Shown one piece after another: positions 33,311-45,270 of a DNA stretch of 64,000 bases; the stretch's first letter is position 1; each line of letters begins with the position of its first letter. This DNA comes from Camelus ferus (lineage: Eukaryota). Below the pieces are notes generated by a model, which saw only the letters and a list, made by a program, of their open reading frames with translations, made no database searches and was not told where the DNA came from. The translations under genes were made by a program, and so were the position numbers. The stretch lies in contig NC_045696.1 in NCBI RefSeq assembly GCF_009834535.1, forward strand, positions 79,052,001 through 79,116,000, given 5' to 3'.

Positions 33311-35334
33311 CACAACTACAACCATTTTTGCATTGTTATGGATCCAAGACACATGAACAAAAACTTTGACAATAATAGAAGCTTTAAATCCCTAAGCTAG
33401 TTTGCATTTTGTATTGATAGCTACTGTTCTGAATTGAAACTTGCAATATAGATACTTTTGCTTTTTCCTCTTAGGGGTACCAAGGAAATTAAAATAAATG
33501 GGCCACATTCACTAATGTGAACTTGAAATCATTTTCCCTCCAGTCTGTCAAAAAAAATGAAGGCACATTACACACTACAGCAAAGCAGGATGGCCAAAAG
33601 GAGGGGGAAAGCCCACGAACACTAAAGCCAATTTATTACTCCAACAACAGTCAGGGCAGTAATTGTGGGGGACGCAGATTAATAGCAAAAAGAATGGATC
33701 TGTGTCATTCTTAAAATATAAATATGAATGCTTTTGACCACGGAGTTAATGAAAGTATGTTGTCCACAGTGACTGGTAATTGATGTGAAACAGTTACCTT
33801 TACTTTATCCCGTAAGTGGCAGAAGCAAAGCTTCCACTGAGGGTGCTATTCACACGTAAATTGTGTTTAATGGCTTCCTGTTAATGTGTTCTATTTTTAT
33901 AATGAAAGTCTAGCCAAATTATAGGAGAGATGCTCTTAACTCCTTTACTGCTATCAAATTGAGCAGTAATTGAATCAGGCAAGAAATCCCTTTTTGACCT
34001 TGAAGACTGAGATTTAGATTTTACCTTCTCATCCCATCATCAGATTTGAGAGAGACGTAGTATTAATTTTCTAGCCTTTTATGTTTTACATGGTAACCTA
34101 ACAGCACCAAATAACGTGCTTTCAAATGGAAAGTACAATAAATCATCAACAAACTCATCAATTTTCATATAGAAACAAGAAATTTTGATGAAGCCCAACT
34201 TTAATTCACCAATTCAAGTGTTTCATTCAACATTTTACCTGCCATAAAACATTTAACTAATAAGAAATTTGGATGTTATATAAAATCTGTCACTAGAAAA
34301 ATTGTGATTATATGTAGAACAATCAAATCAGGGAGAAATACAACATATAGAATAGACAATACTATGTATAGATGACTTAATAGAATTACTCCTGAAGCAT
34401 TTAAATAACACTTAATTCAACTGAAAATAGCTTTATCCCTTTGCATTATTCTGTTATAACTTATGGAAATCAAATAATAATTGAAAAAACGGTGTCAATA
34501 ATTGGGTTTCACGTGTATAAGGACTGCCCCTTTATATAACTTCAGTGATTTTCAGAAGAACATGATTTACATGCAATTGGCAAATTACAAGGTACATTAG
34601 ACAGATTCACCCTCATTTTAAGGGAGCAAATGGCTAATTGCATTCATGCTCATTTGAACTTCAGAAACTAAATTGGCCTTAAGCATCACAGAGTTTGTCT
34701 ACAGAGGTATTACGTTTTGCTTAAAACAATTTTTGAAGTCCTGCTTTTAAGCCATCTTTAAAGTTGTCATTCCACATTCCCTAGAATACCCATAAAAAGT
34801 TGATACTGATTTAAGAGAGGACAGTACCTCCCTGACTGACTTCCATTAAAGTGTCCAAATTCCACTAGTACAGTCACTTAGGTCCTCTGTGGTCCCAACC
34901 CTTCCTAACCTCACTAAGCTTTCTCTTCATGTAGCATCACCCACATCTGTGCCCTGTCCTCTCTACCCTCTCCACATGGCCACATCTCTCTGATCTTGCT
35001 CAAGCCATAAATGCCCTCTGCCTATGGAACGCTGATCCATCCTTTATGCTCGGCTGAGCCACTGACCTTGTGATGAAGGATTCCCATGTCCTCCTTCTGT
35101 TGCCTGTTAGAATTCATCTCTCCTGCTTTTCTCTATTCTTCTGTGAAATTCAGCTTTCAAATATTATATTTTGCTATTTTTAATGTAACCTAGATATTTA
35201 GAAATCCTTACTTCTGCTCATTACCAACTCGATAATAAAAGTTCCTGAGGAAGCAACCTATGTATACTGAGTGGCTAAGAGTGTCAACTCAGAGGTGAAA
35301 GGAATCATGATTGATTCACTGCCCCAGCTCCACC

Positions 35335-35682
35335 AATTTCTGGCTCGCAGTTCTGCGGGCTGGAAGTCACAGATGAAGGTGTCCGTAGGTTTGGTTTCCC
35401 CTTAGGCCTCTCTCCTTGGCTTGCCACAGCCACCTTCCCACCAGGTCCTCACATAGTCTTTCTTTGTGGGAAGGCATCCATGGTGTCTCTTTGTGTGTCT
35501 GATCTCCTTTTCTTATAAAGCATCCAGCTCTATCATATATGAGGACCCACCCTAAAGACCTCATTTTAACTTAACTACTTCTTTAAAAGCCCTGTGTCCA
35601 AATAGAGACACATTCTGAGATACTGAGGGTTAGGGTCTCAACATATGAAGAGGGGAGGGCGGACACAGTTCAGTCCAAAACA
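35335..35682 (-). mobile_element. MaLR LTR (MLT1A/B-like)
   Basis: 'cagttctgcgggctggaagtcacagatgaaggtgtc...gacctcattttaacttaactacttctttaaaagccctgtgtccaaatagagacacattctgagatactgagggttaggg'. Confidence 0.88.
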
Positions 35683-36359
35683 AGGTGAATAGACACAATA
35701 AGGTAGAAGCTGACTGGCAACTGCAAAGAACTACAACTCTGTAACTGAGAGAGGGACATACAATTAGAACTGTGATTTGAATAGATGATGTTTGTGCCTG
35801 AGGTAAATCAGACTAGGAGAGAGACTGGACAGATCTTTTCAAATACAGGTAACCAAGGACCTGATTAAACAGAATGCCAGTGGACTTGGAGGGAAGGGGA
35901 TACGTGTGAGAACAATGTGAGACAGAATGAATCATTTACATGAAAATATAACTGATTTTCTTTTTGAGACTGGATGACGATATACTGATGGCCACAAAGT
36001 TAAAACTCTTGACGCGGATAGAAACAGAAGTTTTGAAATTAGAAATACAGTCTAGAGAGATAGAAAGAGACCCTGGAGCAAGTTATGAAATTAGAGGAGG
36101 GAGCATTTACAAAGTCACTGGGGTCTTTAAAACTGTTTATGGCAAAAACAAGAACAAATTCTGAGAAAGGTCATTAGATTGAGCAATCAGGAAATTCGAT
36201 AATCTTATCCAATAGTCCAGGAGAGACAGGCTGTGGAGGAGATGAAGGTGGAAGCTGGAGAAGGAAGCTTGATAGCACAGCACAGGGAAGTATAAAAACA
36301 AGGTCTTAAACATAACTGAAAATACATCAAAGCCAACTTTGTTAACTATTTGGTGATTT

Positions 36360-36510
36360 AATTTTTATGACATCCTGTGAGCTAGAAGCTATCATAATCC
36401 TCATTATACAGATGGGGAAAATAAAGACACAGGCGAAGTGCAGTATTTAATGTTACAGAGCTGGTTAATCAAAAGGCTGGATTTGACCTCAGGCATCTCA
36501 CTCTAGTACA
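36360..36510 (-). mobile_element. MIR SINE
   Basis: 'atcctcattatacagatggggaaaataaagacacagg...ttacagagctggttaatcaaaaggctggatttgacctcaggc'. Confidence 0.7.
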
Positions 36511-37849
36511 CGTATATTTATTTAATTGTTGTTCTTTTCTATATATAGATAGATAGATAGAGAATATATATCTATATCTATTCTCTATCTATCTATATGT
36601 TCTTTTCTCTCTATATATACATATGTAAATTTAATTTGATGGTAAAAAGAAATTCATTTAAGGTGGCAAGAAAAGCATTAACAATTTCATGTGGGCAAGG
36701 ATGAGCAGGGCATATGTTTGTGTGGGTGGTGGGGCCGTGTATCCTGAGATCAGGCAAATGTAGCAGCAGGCGTATGCTGAGTATTCATTATAAGAGATAA
36801 AACAAAGCAAGTCAATGGAATAAGTGAAGTTTATGTATTTGGACTTCGCAATAAGTGTAATTTCCTAAGTGAAAGAGTCACATATATTATACTTCATAAG
36901 TACATTGATTCAGTAAATATTTATTGAACACCTGCTACACCCCTGACCCTTATGCTGGAACCTAAAGATATGATGAGAAAAAATCCAGAACTTACGGGTT
37001 TTCCAGCTATTAACACTTAAAGGGATCCTCAGCAGTTTGATGGAGAATGGAGCTAGCTATTTTATATCAGAGGTCATAGATTATAATAAAACTATCTTTG
37101 TCATTAATGGGACCTACAATTCAAGGAAAGTCATTACACTTCTATATCCCAGTTTGTCCATCAATGAAATAGAGATCAAATTGTAACAGACTATTATATT
37201 CTTGACTAAAAGGTGCATTGGAGAGGTGAAGTAAGACTAATAAATGAAGATAGCATGTAATACTATTTAATAATAAGGAATCTTCATTTTATTTTCATTA
37301 GGGAAATATTAGTGATTGGATTTGACCCAGGCAGACTTGTTATTTTAAATATATCGAATAATCTTTAGAGGCTTTTATCACATTCTCCAGAAGTAATAAA
37401 GCTTTATTTTGTAAAATCGGAAGTTAATTAAATAAAAAAAATTACAGTAAAATGATGTTATGATTGAGATTTAACATGAACATAATGTAAGATATTGTTA
37501 TGATTCCCACAGTAACCATACCTGGCCATACATCACTCTCTCTCTACATGGCCTTTTTCTCTGTTTAAACAACAGATGCTAATATTTGGACTGAGTTGTT
37601 CTCCGACCAAACACATTTTTGCATTTTAAAATCTTGATGACCCTCATTCCATCTTAAAAGCAAAGCAGAAATAGTTTTTCCTACTGCTTATAAATTAGCA
37701 TCTATGTATTCAGAAAGTAACAAACTGAACAGAAGGAGCCAGCATAGATTCAGATAGACCTTCTTTCAAACTCATTTAATTTTTAATCAAGAATATCTTG
37801 ATTTTAGCAGCGCACTCCCATAGGCTTGAACATTTTGGTCAGTTGCTTA

Positions 37850-38369
37850 AATAAGGATATTAAAAGGTATTATAATTTGCAGACGACACAAAACATGGAG
37901 GGGCAGCTAACATGAGAAGGGGCAGAATCAAGATTCAAATTTATCATGACTAATACTAACAAGCTCTACACCCAAATGACTGGTAATGCAGCAGTTATGT
38001 TTTTACTTTCCAAAACATCAGTCGAGTAAGTCTAGCCTGGTAGAGAACGTTGGCAACAATTTACGAGAAAGTGTTCTGATAGTTTTGGGTGAACTGTAAT
38101 TTTAAACAGATGCTCTAAATACAGTTAAAAGAGATACAGTAATAATTTTAATAACTCTAGTAATAAAGCTAACAGGAATCTTTAAGTTACATACATTGAA
38201 GTATAGGTTCCAGATCATAGAAAGTGATCATTGCTTGTGGATCTGGTGCTTTGTTTAATTCTGAGAAACATGTTTTAAGTGACACAGATAATCACAGAAT
38301 TACAGAATTGAATGTGAATTATTTTAGGTCATTTATAAGATTCTAGCATTAAAATTCTATGATTCTATG
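37850..38369 (+). mobile_element. CR1/L3 LINE remnant (RT core to 3' tail)
   Basis: 37876-37950 translates FADDTKHGGAANMRRGRIKIQIYHD, matching the CR1 RT motif FADDTKLGG...RIKIQ. Downstream 'aaagctaacaggaatc...gaagtataggttccagatcatagaaagtgat' and terminal 'attctatgattctatg'. Confidence 0.8.
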
Positions 38370-38854
38370 GGAAGTATGAACTATTGCAGAGCGTACTTGT
38401 ATCAGACAAATCCCATTAAATAGTATACATATAATCTTTGTAGACTATAAGTGCTTCTTAAATCTGAGTTTGCATCAAAATTATTATTATCTTGATGAGT
38501 TCAACAGTGAAACAATACCAGTTCATATCATACTAACGCAGGAGAAAGCACCTAATCATGTAGGCTTTATAGGTAAGATAGACAAATATGTTTTTTCTTC
38601 AAAACTCTTATTTTCTATCCAGGTTTTCGTATTTTTTTTAACACGCCCTATTTTTACATTGAAATTTACATCAAGAGATATGTTAGAGTTTTAAAATATC
38701 CTTTTTGTATTCCTGCAGGAAAAGCCTACTAGGTCAAAAAGTCTTTTTAAATTGTTCTTAGGCTAAGCAGGATTTAGAATATGAAATAGTTTCCAAAAAT
38801 CGTTTTATTTTAATGCATACCTACTCATCAAAAGCTAAACTCCATAATTTAGAG

Positions 38855-38988
38855 CAGTGCTTCTCAAATGTTAATGTGCATACACTACACCTGCAGATCT
38901 GGAATGGAACCTCAAATTACTCATTTCTAGCAAGCTCCCAGGTGACATAGATGCTGCTGGCCATATGGACCACTCATTGACTAGCAGG
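38855..38988. mobile_element. MER5A-like MITE
   Basis: 'cagtgcttctcaaatgttaatgtgcatac...catttctagcaagctcccaggtgacatagatgctgctggcc'. Confidence 0.8.
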
Positions 38989-39311
38989 GATTTAAAGAAG
39001 TGTGCTTCACTGGTGCTATCAATTATTCTAAAATAATTCTCACTAAATACATCATGTAAAATAAAATAATTTTTTTTTCAAAAAAAGCAAAAGAACCTTT
39101 GCAATGTGTTCTTATCAGCCCTTAGCACAACTGATGCTCTTCTGAATAATGTCCCTATTCTTCTTTTGAAACATTAAGGCCTTCTTTGCACCTCCCTTAC
39201 CTGGAAAGCCCTCACAAAGTTGTCTCTTGCCACTCCAGCCTCACTCCTCCTCAGGTCCCTGCTATTTTCTTTTGGTTTAACTCTGTACCCTTTTTCACAG
39301 GCTTTGGAGGT

Positions 39312-39640
39312 TGTTACGGACTGAATGTTTGTGTCCTCCCCCAAATTTGTATGTTGAAACCTTATCCCTCAAGGTAATGGTGTTAGAAAGTGGGGCCATT
39401 GGGAAGCGATCAGGGCAGAGCCATCATGAATGGGATTAGTGCCCTAATAAGAGTCACGGTAGTGCCTGCTTCCTTTGTTCGGCTCTCCGCTGTGTGAGTC
39501 TGCAAGCCTGAAGGGGGCCTTCATCAAAACCTCACCTTGCTGCTCCCTGATCTTGGACTTTAAGTTTCCAAAAAATACATTTCTGTTGTAATATCCCACC
39601 CAGTTTATGGTATTTTGTTATAGCAGCCCGAGCCAAGACA
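39312..39640 (+). mobile_element. MaLR solo LTR (MLT1A-like), complete
   Basis: TG...CA ends ('tgttacggactgaatgtttgtgtcc' / 'tggtattttgttatagcagcccgagccaagaca') and a perfect 5-bp TSD GAGGT (39307-39311, 39641-39645). Confidence 0.93.
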
Positions 39641-40230
39641 GAGGTCATCTATGTACTTCTCTAGTTTCCTTTTTGCTAAAGTATTGATATTCTATGGATA
39701 AATGAATTACTCAAAAGACTTTACCCTAACCTACCTTCGCACACTAACCTATAAAAAAGACTTCTACTTGCTATGAACAGTCATGATTCTGACCCAAACA
39801 GAACCATGAATGAAAGAAGGTGGCGGCAACACCAACATACCACCACTGCTCTTCCAAACTTCTTTCCAATAAGTGGTGTAGAATGGCTTTCTTGCCGGGC
39901 AGAAAATCTCACTAGACATTCACTGTGGCCTTTAACACTTGTCTGCTTCTGGGAAACAAAACTCAAGATCCAGTTTCATGCACCCTTCTACCTACTGGTG
40001 ATTTAATCTAGGCCAGCATTGCCGAGATGCCATCAGAATCACTTGGGAAGCCCTAAAAAATGCCGATCCCTGGACCCAGAGTCCCATTACATTGAGTGGG
40101 ACCTGGGCACTGGTATTTTTTAAAACTGTTTTGGTGACTTATTACCTTAACTTATTCCACTTTCATTCCAGACTCCCTCATTTTTACTTCTACGGCATCT
40201 TTTCACTCGTGTTAAAGATTTCTTCTACAT

Positions 40231-40389
40231 CAGGGTTTCTCAACCCCAGCAGTATGGACATTTGGGACTGGAGAATTCTTTGTTGTCCTGTACCCTGGCT
40301 TCTGTGAGTAGATGCCCATGGCACTCCCCCAGTTCTGACATAAACAATGTCTCCAGACATTGCCAAACGTCCCCTGGTAAGCAACACTG
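40231..40389 (-). mobile_element. MER20 (hAT-Charlie)
   Basis: 'cagggtttctcaaccccagcagtatggacatttgggactggagaattctttgttg...aatgtctccagacattgccaaacgtcccctgg'. Confidence 0.88.
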
Positions 40390-40407
40390 TGCTTAGAACC
40401 TGCTTTA

Positions 40408-40440
<33 letters not shown>
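40408..40440. repeat. (CAT)11 microsatellite at a MIR end
   Basis: Read directly; it accounts for the poly-Ser in ORF 40347-40550. Confidence 0.95.
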
Positions 40441-40442
<2 letters not shown>

Positions 40443-41064
40443 CATTTCTACCACTGCGTGAACTTTTGTCTTCTAGATGCTCGAACTCTGCTGACTGTTA
40501 CACACAGATTATCTAGCTCATTTAATCCTCAGAACATGGTTATGAATTAAACATATACTTTACTTATGAAGAAACTAAAGCTCAAGAGATGCAAAGATGG
40601 TGCAAAAAACCGCCAGATGCCCCAGCCTGGAAACTGATGGATGCAGAATAAGAACTTATATCTGTCTGGTTCCGAATCTAGGCTCTAAGCTCTTCACTCC
40701 TACAATGTATTTTTATTTTACATCATAGACTCTTAAGTTGTTGATCTCCTTTTGACTAACTATATAACCTGCTGGAAGTTTATCACATAATGATTTATTC
40801 TCAATTTCTAACACACAGTAGGTATTGAATTAATACTTATCAAGTTGAATGGTTTCTAACAATGAGGGTTTTTTTTTTTTTCATCCAAAGCTTACTTGCA
40901 TTCTCAATTTTCTCAATTTTTCAAACAAATTTTCATGTTTCTCCCTCTGGTGCTGAGTTGTCACTTACCCTTTCTCTCACTGACTCTCTCAGTACTAAGT
41001 CTGTCTTGGAAACCCATCATTTTCCTAGGTACCTCAGGGCTAGGCCTTTCCAACAGACTTTCAA

Positions 41065-42630
41065 AAAAATTAATAAACATTTTTTGGAGCAGTTTTCGGT
41101 TCACAACAAAATTGAATGTGAAGTACAGAGATTTCTGAAATATCCACCGTGTCCACACATGCACGACCTCCTCACCATCCACAGTCCCCCACCACACGGT
41201 ACATTTATTAAAATGGACCTACATTGGACCCTTCATAACCACCCAAAGTCCAACATCTAATGTGATCACTCTCAGTGTTGTACATTCTAAGGGTTTAGAC
41301 AAATGTATAATGACATGTATTCACCATTATAGTTTCACACAGAATAATTTCACTACCCTAAAAATCCTCTGTGCTCTGACTATTTACCCCTCCCCTAAGC
41401 CCAGAAAACCATTGATATTTTTACTGTCTCCATAGTTTTGCCTTACCCAGAATGTCACATAGCTGTAATTATATAGTATATAGCCTTCTCAGACTGGCTT
41501 CTTTCACTTAGTAAAATGCCTTTAAATGTCCTCCATGTCTTTTCATAGCTTGATAGGTCATTTCTTTTTAGTGTTGAGTAAAATCCATTGTCTGAATGTA
41601 CCACAGTTTACCTACCCATTTACCTCTGAAGAACATTTTGACTGCTTCCAAATTTTGAAGATTATAAATAAATCTGCTATAAATATCTGTGTGTAGGTTT
41701 TTGTGTGGGCATAAGTTTTTAATCAATTTGGGCAAATACCAAGGAGTATGATTGCTGGATTGCATGGTAAGAGCATGTTGAGTTTTGTAAAAAAATGGCC
41801 AAATTGTCTTTTAAGGTGGCTGTAACATTTTGGCATTCCTACTTGTAATGAATGAGAATTCCTATTGCTCCACATCCTAGTCAGCATTTGGTGTTGCCGG
41901 TGGTTTAGACTTTGATCAGTCTAATAGGTCTGCAGTGGTATCTCCCTGTTTTAATTTGCAATTCTCTAGTGACATATGACACTGAATATTTTTTTATATG
42001 CTTACTTGCTGTGTGTCTTCTTTGCAAATCTTCTAGTTTCTCACCATTAAGTATGATGTTAGCTGCTGGTTTGCTGTAGATGTTTTTTTGTCAAATTGAA
42101 GACATCCTACTCTATTCCTAGTTTGCTGAAAGTTTTTATCATGAATGGGTATTGGATTTTGTCAAGTCCTCTTCCTGCATTTATTGACAAAATCATGGGA
42201 GTTTTCTTTTTTAGCTTGTTGATATGTTGGATTACATTATTCTCAAATGTTGAACCAACCTAGGATAAATTTCACTTTGTTGTGGTGTATAATTCTTTTT
42301 ATACAATATTAATTTCAAATTATTATTTGGTTGAGTATTTTTGCATTATGCTCATAAGAGACATTGGTCTGTAGCTTTCTTTTCTTGTAATGTCTTTGTC
42401 TGGTTTTGGTATTAGGGTAATGTCAGCCTCTCAGAATGAGTTAGGAAGTATCCCCTCAGCTTCTATCTTCTGAAAGAGATTGTAGATAATTGGAATAATA
42501 TATTTTTTAGACATTTTAAAAAATTCACCAATAAGCCCATCCATCTAGTGTTTTCTGTTGTGCAAGATTACTTATTATTGACTCAATTATTTAATATCTG
42601 TAGGCCTTTTCAGATGGTCTATTTCAATAG
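41065..42630 (-). mobile_element. L1MC1-like element (3'UTR plus ORF2 pieces, apparent internal deletion near 42025)
   Basis: 'gagcagttttcggttcacaacaaaattgaatgtgaagtacagag', 'ccacccaaagtcca', 'cagaatgagttaggaagtatcccctc'. ORF 41568-41765 is out-of-frame L1 ORF2-derived. Confidence 0.88.
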
Positions 42631-42709
42631 TCTTTTAAAAGTCCTTCCTCATTCCTATATTTTATCCTTTAAACATATGCTGTATTTTGAATAAGGATAA
42701 ATCATTTTG

Positions 42710-43414
42710 CAAAAGTAGCAAAAGCAAAAATAAACAAGTGGGCCCACATCAAACTAAAGAGCTTCTGCCTAGCAAAGGAAACCATCAGCAGAAGGAACAA
42801 ACAACCTACTGAAAAGGAGAAAATACCTGCAAATCATATATCTGATAGGGGCTAATATCTAAAATACATAAAGTAATATATCTGATAGGAGCTAATATCT
42901 AAAATATATAAAGAACTCACACAACTGAATGGGAAAAAAATTCAATTGAAAATGGGCAGAAGATGTGAACAGACATTTTCTCCCAAGAAGACATATGTAT
43001 AGCCAACAGGTACATGAAAAGATGCTCTACATTATTAATCATAGGGAAATGAAAATCAAAACCATGAGATATCATCTCACACCTGTTAGATGATTATTAT
43101 AAAAATAAAAAACTAGAAATGACAAGTGTTAGCAAGGCTGTGAAGAAAGGGAAACTTTGTGATGGTAGGAATGCTAATTGGTGCAGTCACTATGAACAGT
43201 AGTATGGAGTTTCCTCAAAAAAATTAAAAATAAAACTACCATATGATCCAGCAATTCTACTTCTAGGTATTTATCTGAAGAAAAGAAAAACACTAATTTG
43301 AAAAGATATATGCACACTCATGTTTACTGTAGCATTATTTACAATAGCCAAGATGTGGAAACAACATAAATGTCCATCAACAGATGAATGGAAATAGAAG
43401 ATGTGCCATTTTAA

Positions 43415-43453
<39 letters not shown>

Positions 43454-43824
43454 AATAAATATAATGTGTATCCACACACACACAATGAAATATTACTCAG
43501 TCATAAAAAAGAATGAATTCTCATCACTTGAGACAACATGGATGGAACTCAAGGGCATTATGCTAAGTGAAATAAGTCAGACAGAGAAAGCCTAATACTG
43601 AATCATCTCTTTTACATGTGGAATCTTATATATTATATAATTATATGACTATAATGATATATATATATATATAAAACCAAGCTCATAGATACAGAGAACA
43701 GATTGGTGGTTGCCAGAGGCAAAGGTTTGGGGGCAGCAGAAATGGGTGAATTGTTCTTTTTTGTTTGTTTGTTTAAATACATTGACTCTTTTTTAAAAAA
43801 ACTTGAAAAAAAAGAAAAAAAAAA
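42710..43824 (+). mobile_element. L1 (L1MA9-like) ORF2 C-terminus plus 3'UTR and A-tail
   Basis: 'catcaaactaaagagcttctgcctagcaaaggaaaccatca', 'ctaccatatgatccagcaattctacttctaggtatttatc', 'atgctaagtgaaataagtcagacagagaaag', and an A-rich tail near 43795-43824. Confidence 0.92.
43416..43450. repeat. (TG)17 microsatellite inside L1
   Basis: Read directly from the sequence. Confidence 0.95.
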
Positions 43825-44779
43825 GCAGAAGCATTCCAAAACTGAGTATAGCATCTGCACTTGCTGATGGTGCCAATGTAAACTGGTACAACTTAAAAAA
43901 AAAGATAAATCTTCCTAAAACCTGATTTTTAAAACTCATTAAATAACAGTTCAAATCATTCATAATCTTTAAGGATCAAATTGAAAATTTTAGTTTGGCA
44001 GTTTGAAAGCCCATTTTAATTTTGTCCTTACCTGCTTTTTCAATTTCATCTTCCATGGAAAATGTTGGATTAGCATGCTTTACAAAGGTCTTTGGCTAAT
44101 GAATCCTTGGTACAATTATAGCTTGCATTTAAGCCTGATGAAGTAGAACTGAACTATGAACTATGAGGGTGGGGTGGGTCGGGGTGGGGCATAGTGTACA
44201 TTAGGCTGAGGTTCTACAGAACAAACGCTACAGAGGCAGTCCCTGGCTGGGCTCCTTAGATCTCCTGGCACTTAGAAGAGCCCAAAGGAAGACCAGTGAC
44301 CACCTCGCCCTCCACCTCCAAGTAACACTCACCCTGGCCCACCACTGAACACACCTGACAGAGGCTGCACATGCACATTTTGCCACATCGTCCCTCTCAG
44401 GACGATTTTAGGCTTCCCTCCTTCACCTCAGGTATTTAAATCTACCTGCCCTTTAAGTTCCACTAACTTCATGAATTCGTCTCTATCTGTCTCTACCCAG
44501 TGAGCTCTTTGCATTGTGGCCCTCATTATGTGACACTCACACTAGATGTTTAACATATTTTACCTTAAACAAGGCATACAGATAACTTCTCTATCAATGT
44601 ACTAGAATTTTCTTAAATAATCTTGATTTAACCAGTTCTGTGGCTTCCTCAGTCTTTCTGGCCTTTGTAAAACCTGTGGACTGCTCCCTAACACCTACAG
44701 AATCTGGGGAGCGGTATAGTTTTCTTGGGTACACTCACTTACTTTTGCTTCCACTAGTAGAGTTGTCTCCTTCCCAAGA

Positions 44780-45270
44780 CTGTCCCCAACATGGTTTATA
44801 CCAGTTGAGTTTGTTTATGTGTATAAATAAATAAATAATTCGTTTTAACAATGAAAATGAATGTGAATAGAAAGTCATTGCTATGAAAACTTAACACATG
44901 ATTTGGAATAATTTGAGCTGCTGTAAATTAGGTATGGAAGTATAATAATGACAAGTAGGACATATTTAGAAGCCTTTTTTTCTCATATTAATGATCAGTT
45001 TTCTTTAAGGTTTTACTCTACTTTAAAGAAATGGAAGCTGGAGATCTGTAGGCAGGTTATTATAGAGGAGAATGAATGTGAGGAGTTCCCATGAATGGAC
45101 CAGGACACAAGGAAAAGTTGTTGGTCCTACATCAAAAGATTGGCATAGTAATGTGTATGTATATGTTTAGGAATAATAAAATGTTTAAGGTAGTCATGCA
45201 ACTCTTTATTCTGAGTCCCTGCTTTAATGGATTTTTAAAGATCTGGTCATGTTAGAAAAGAAAACTTCTG
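44780..45270 (+). mobile_element. Ancient Tigger-family remnant (Tigger13a-like)
   Basis: 'tgctatgaaaactta...gctgtaaattaggtatgg...ctctactttaaagaaatggaagctggaga...aaggaaaagttgttggtcctacatcaaaagattggc' resembles a decayed Tigger transposase HTH region. Confidence 0.55.
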
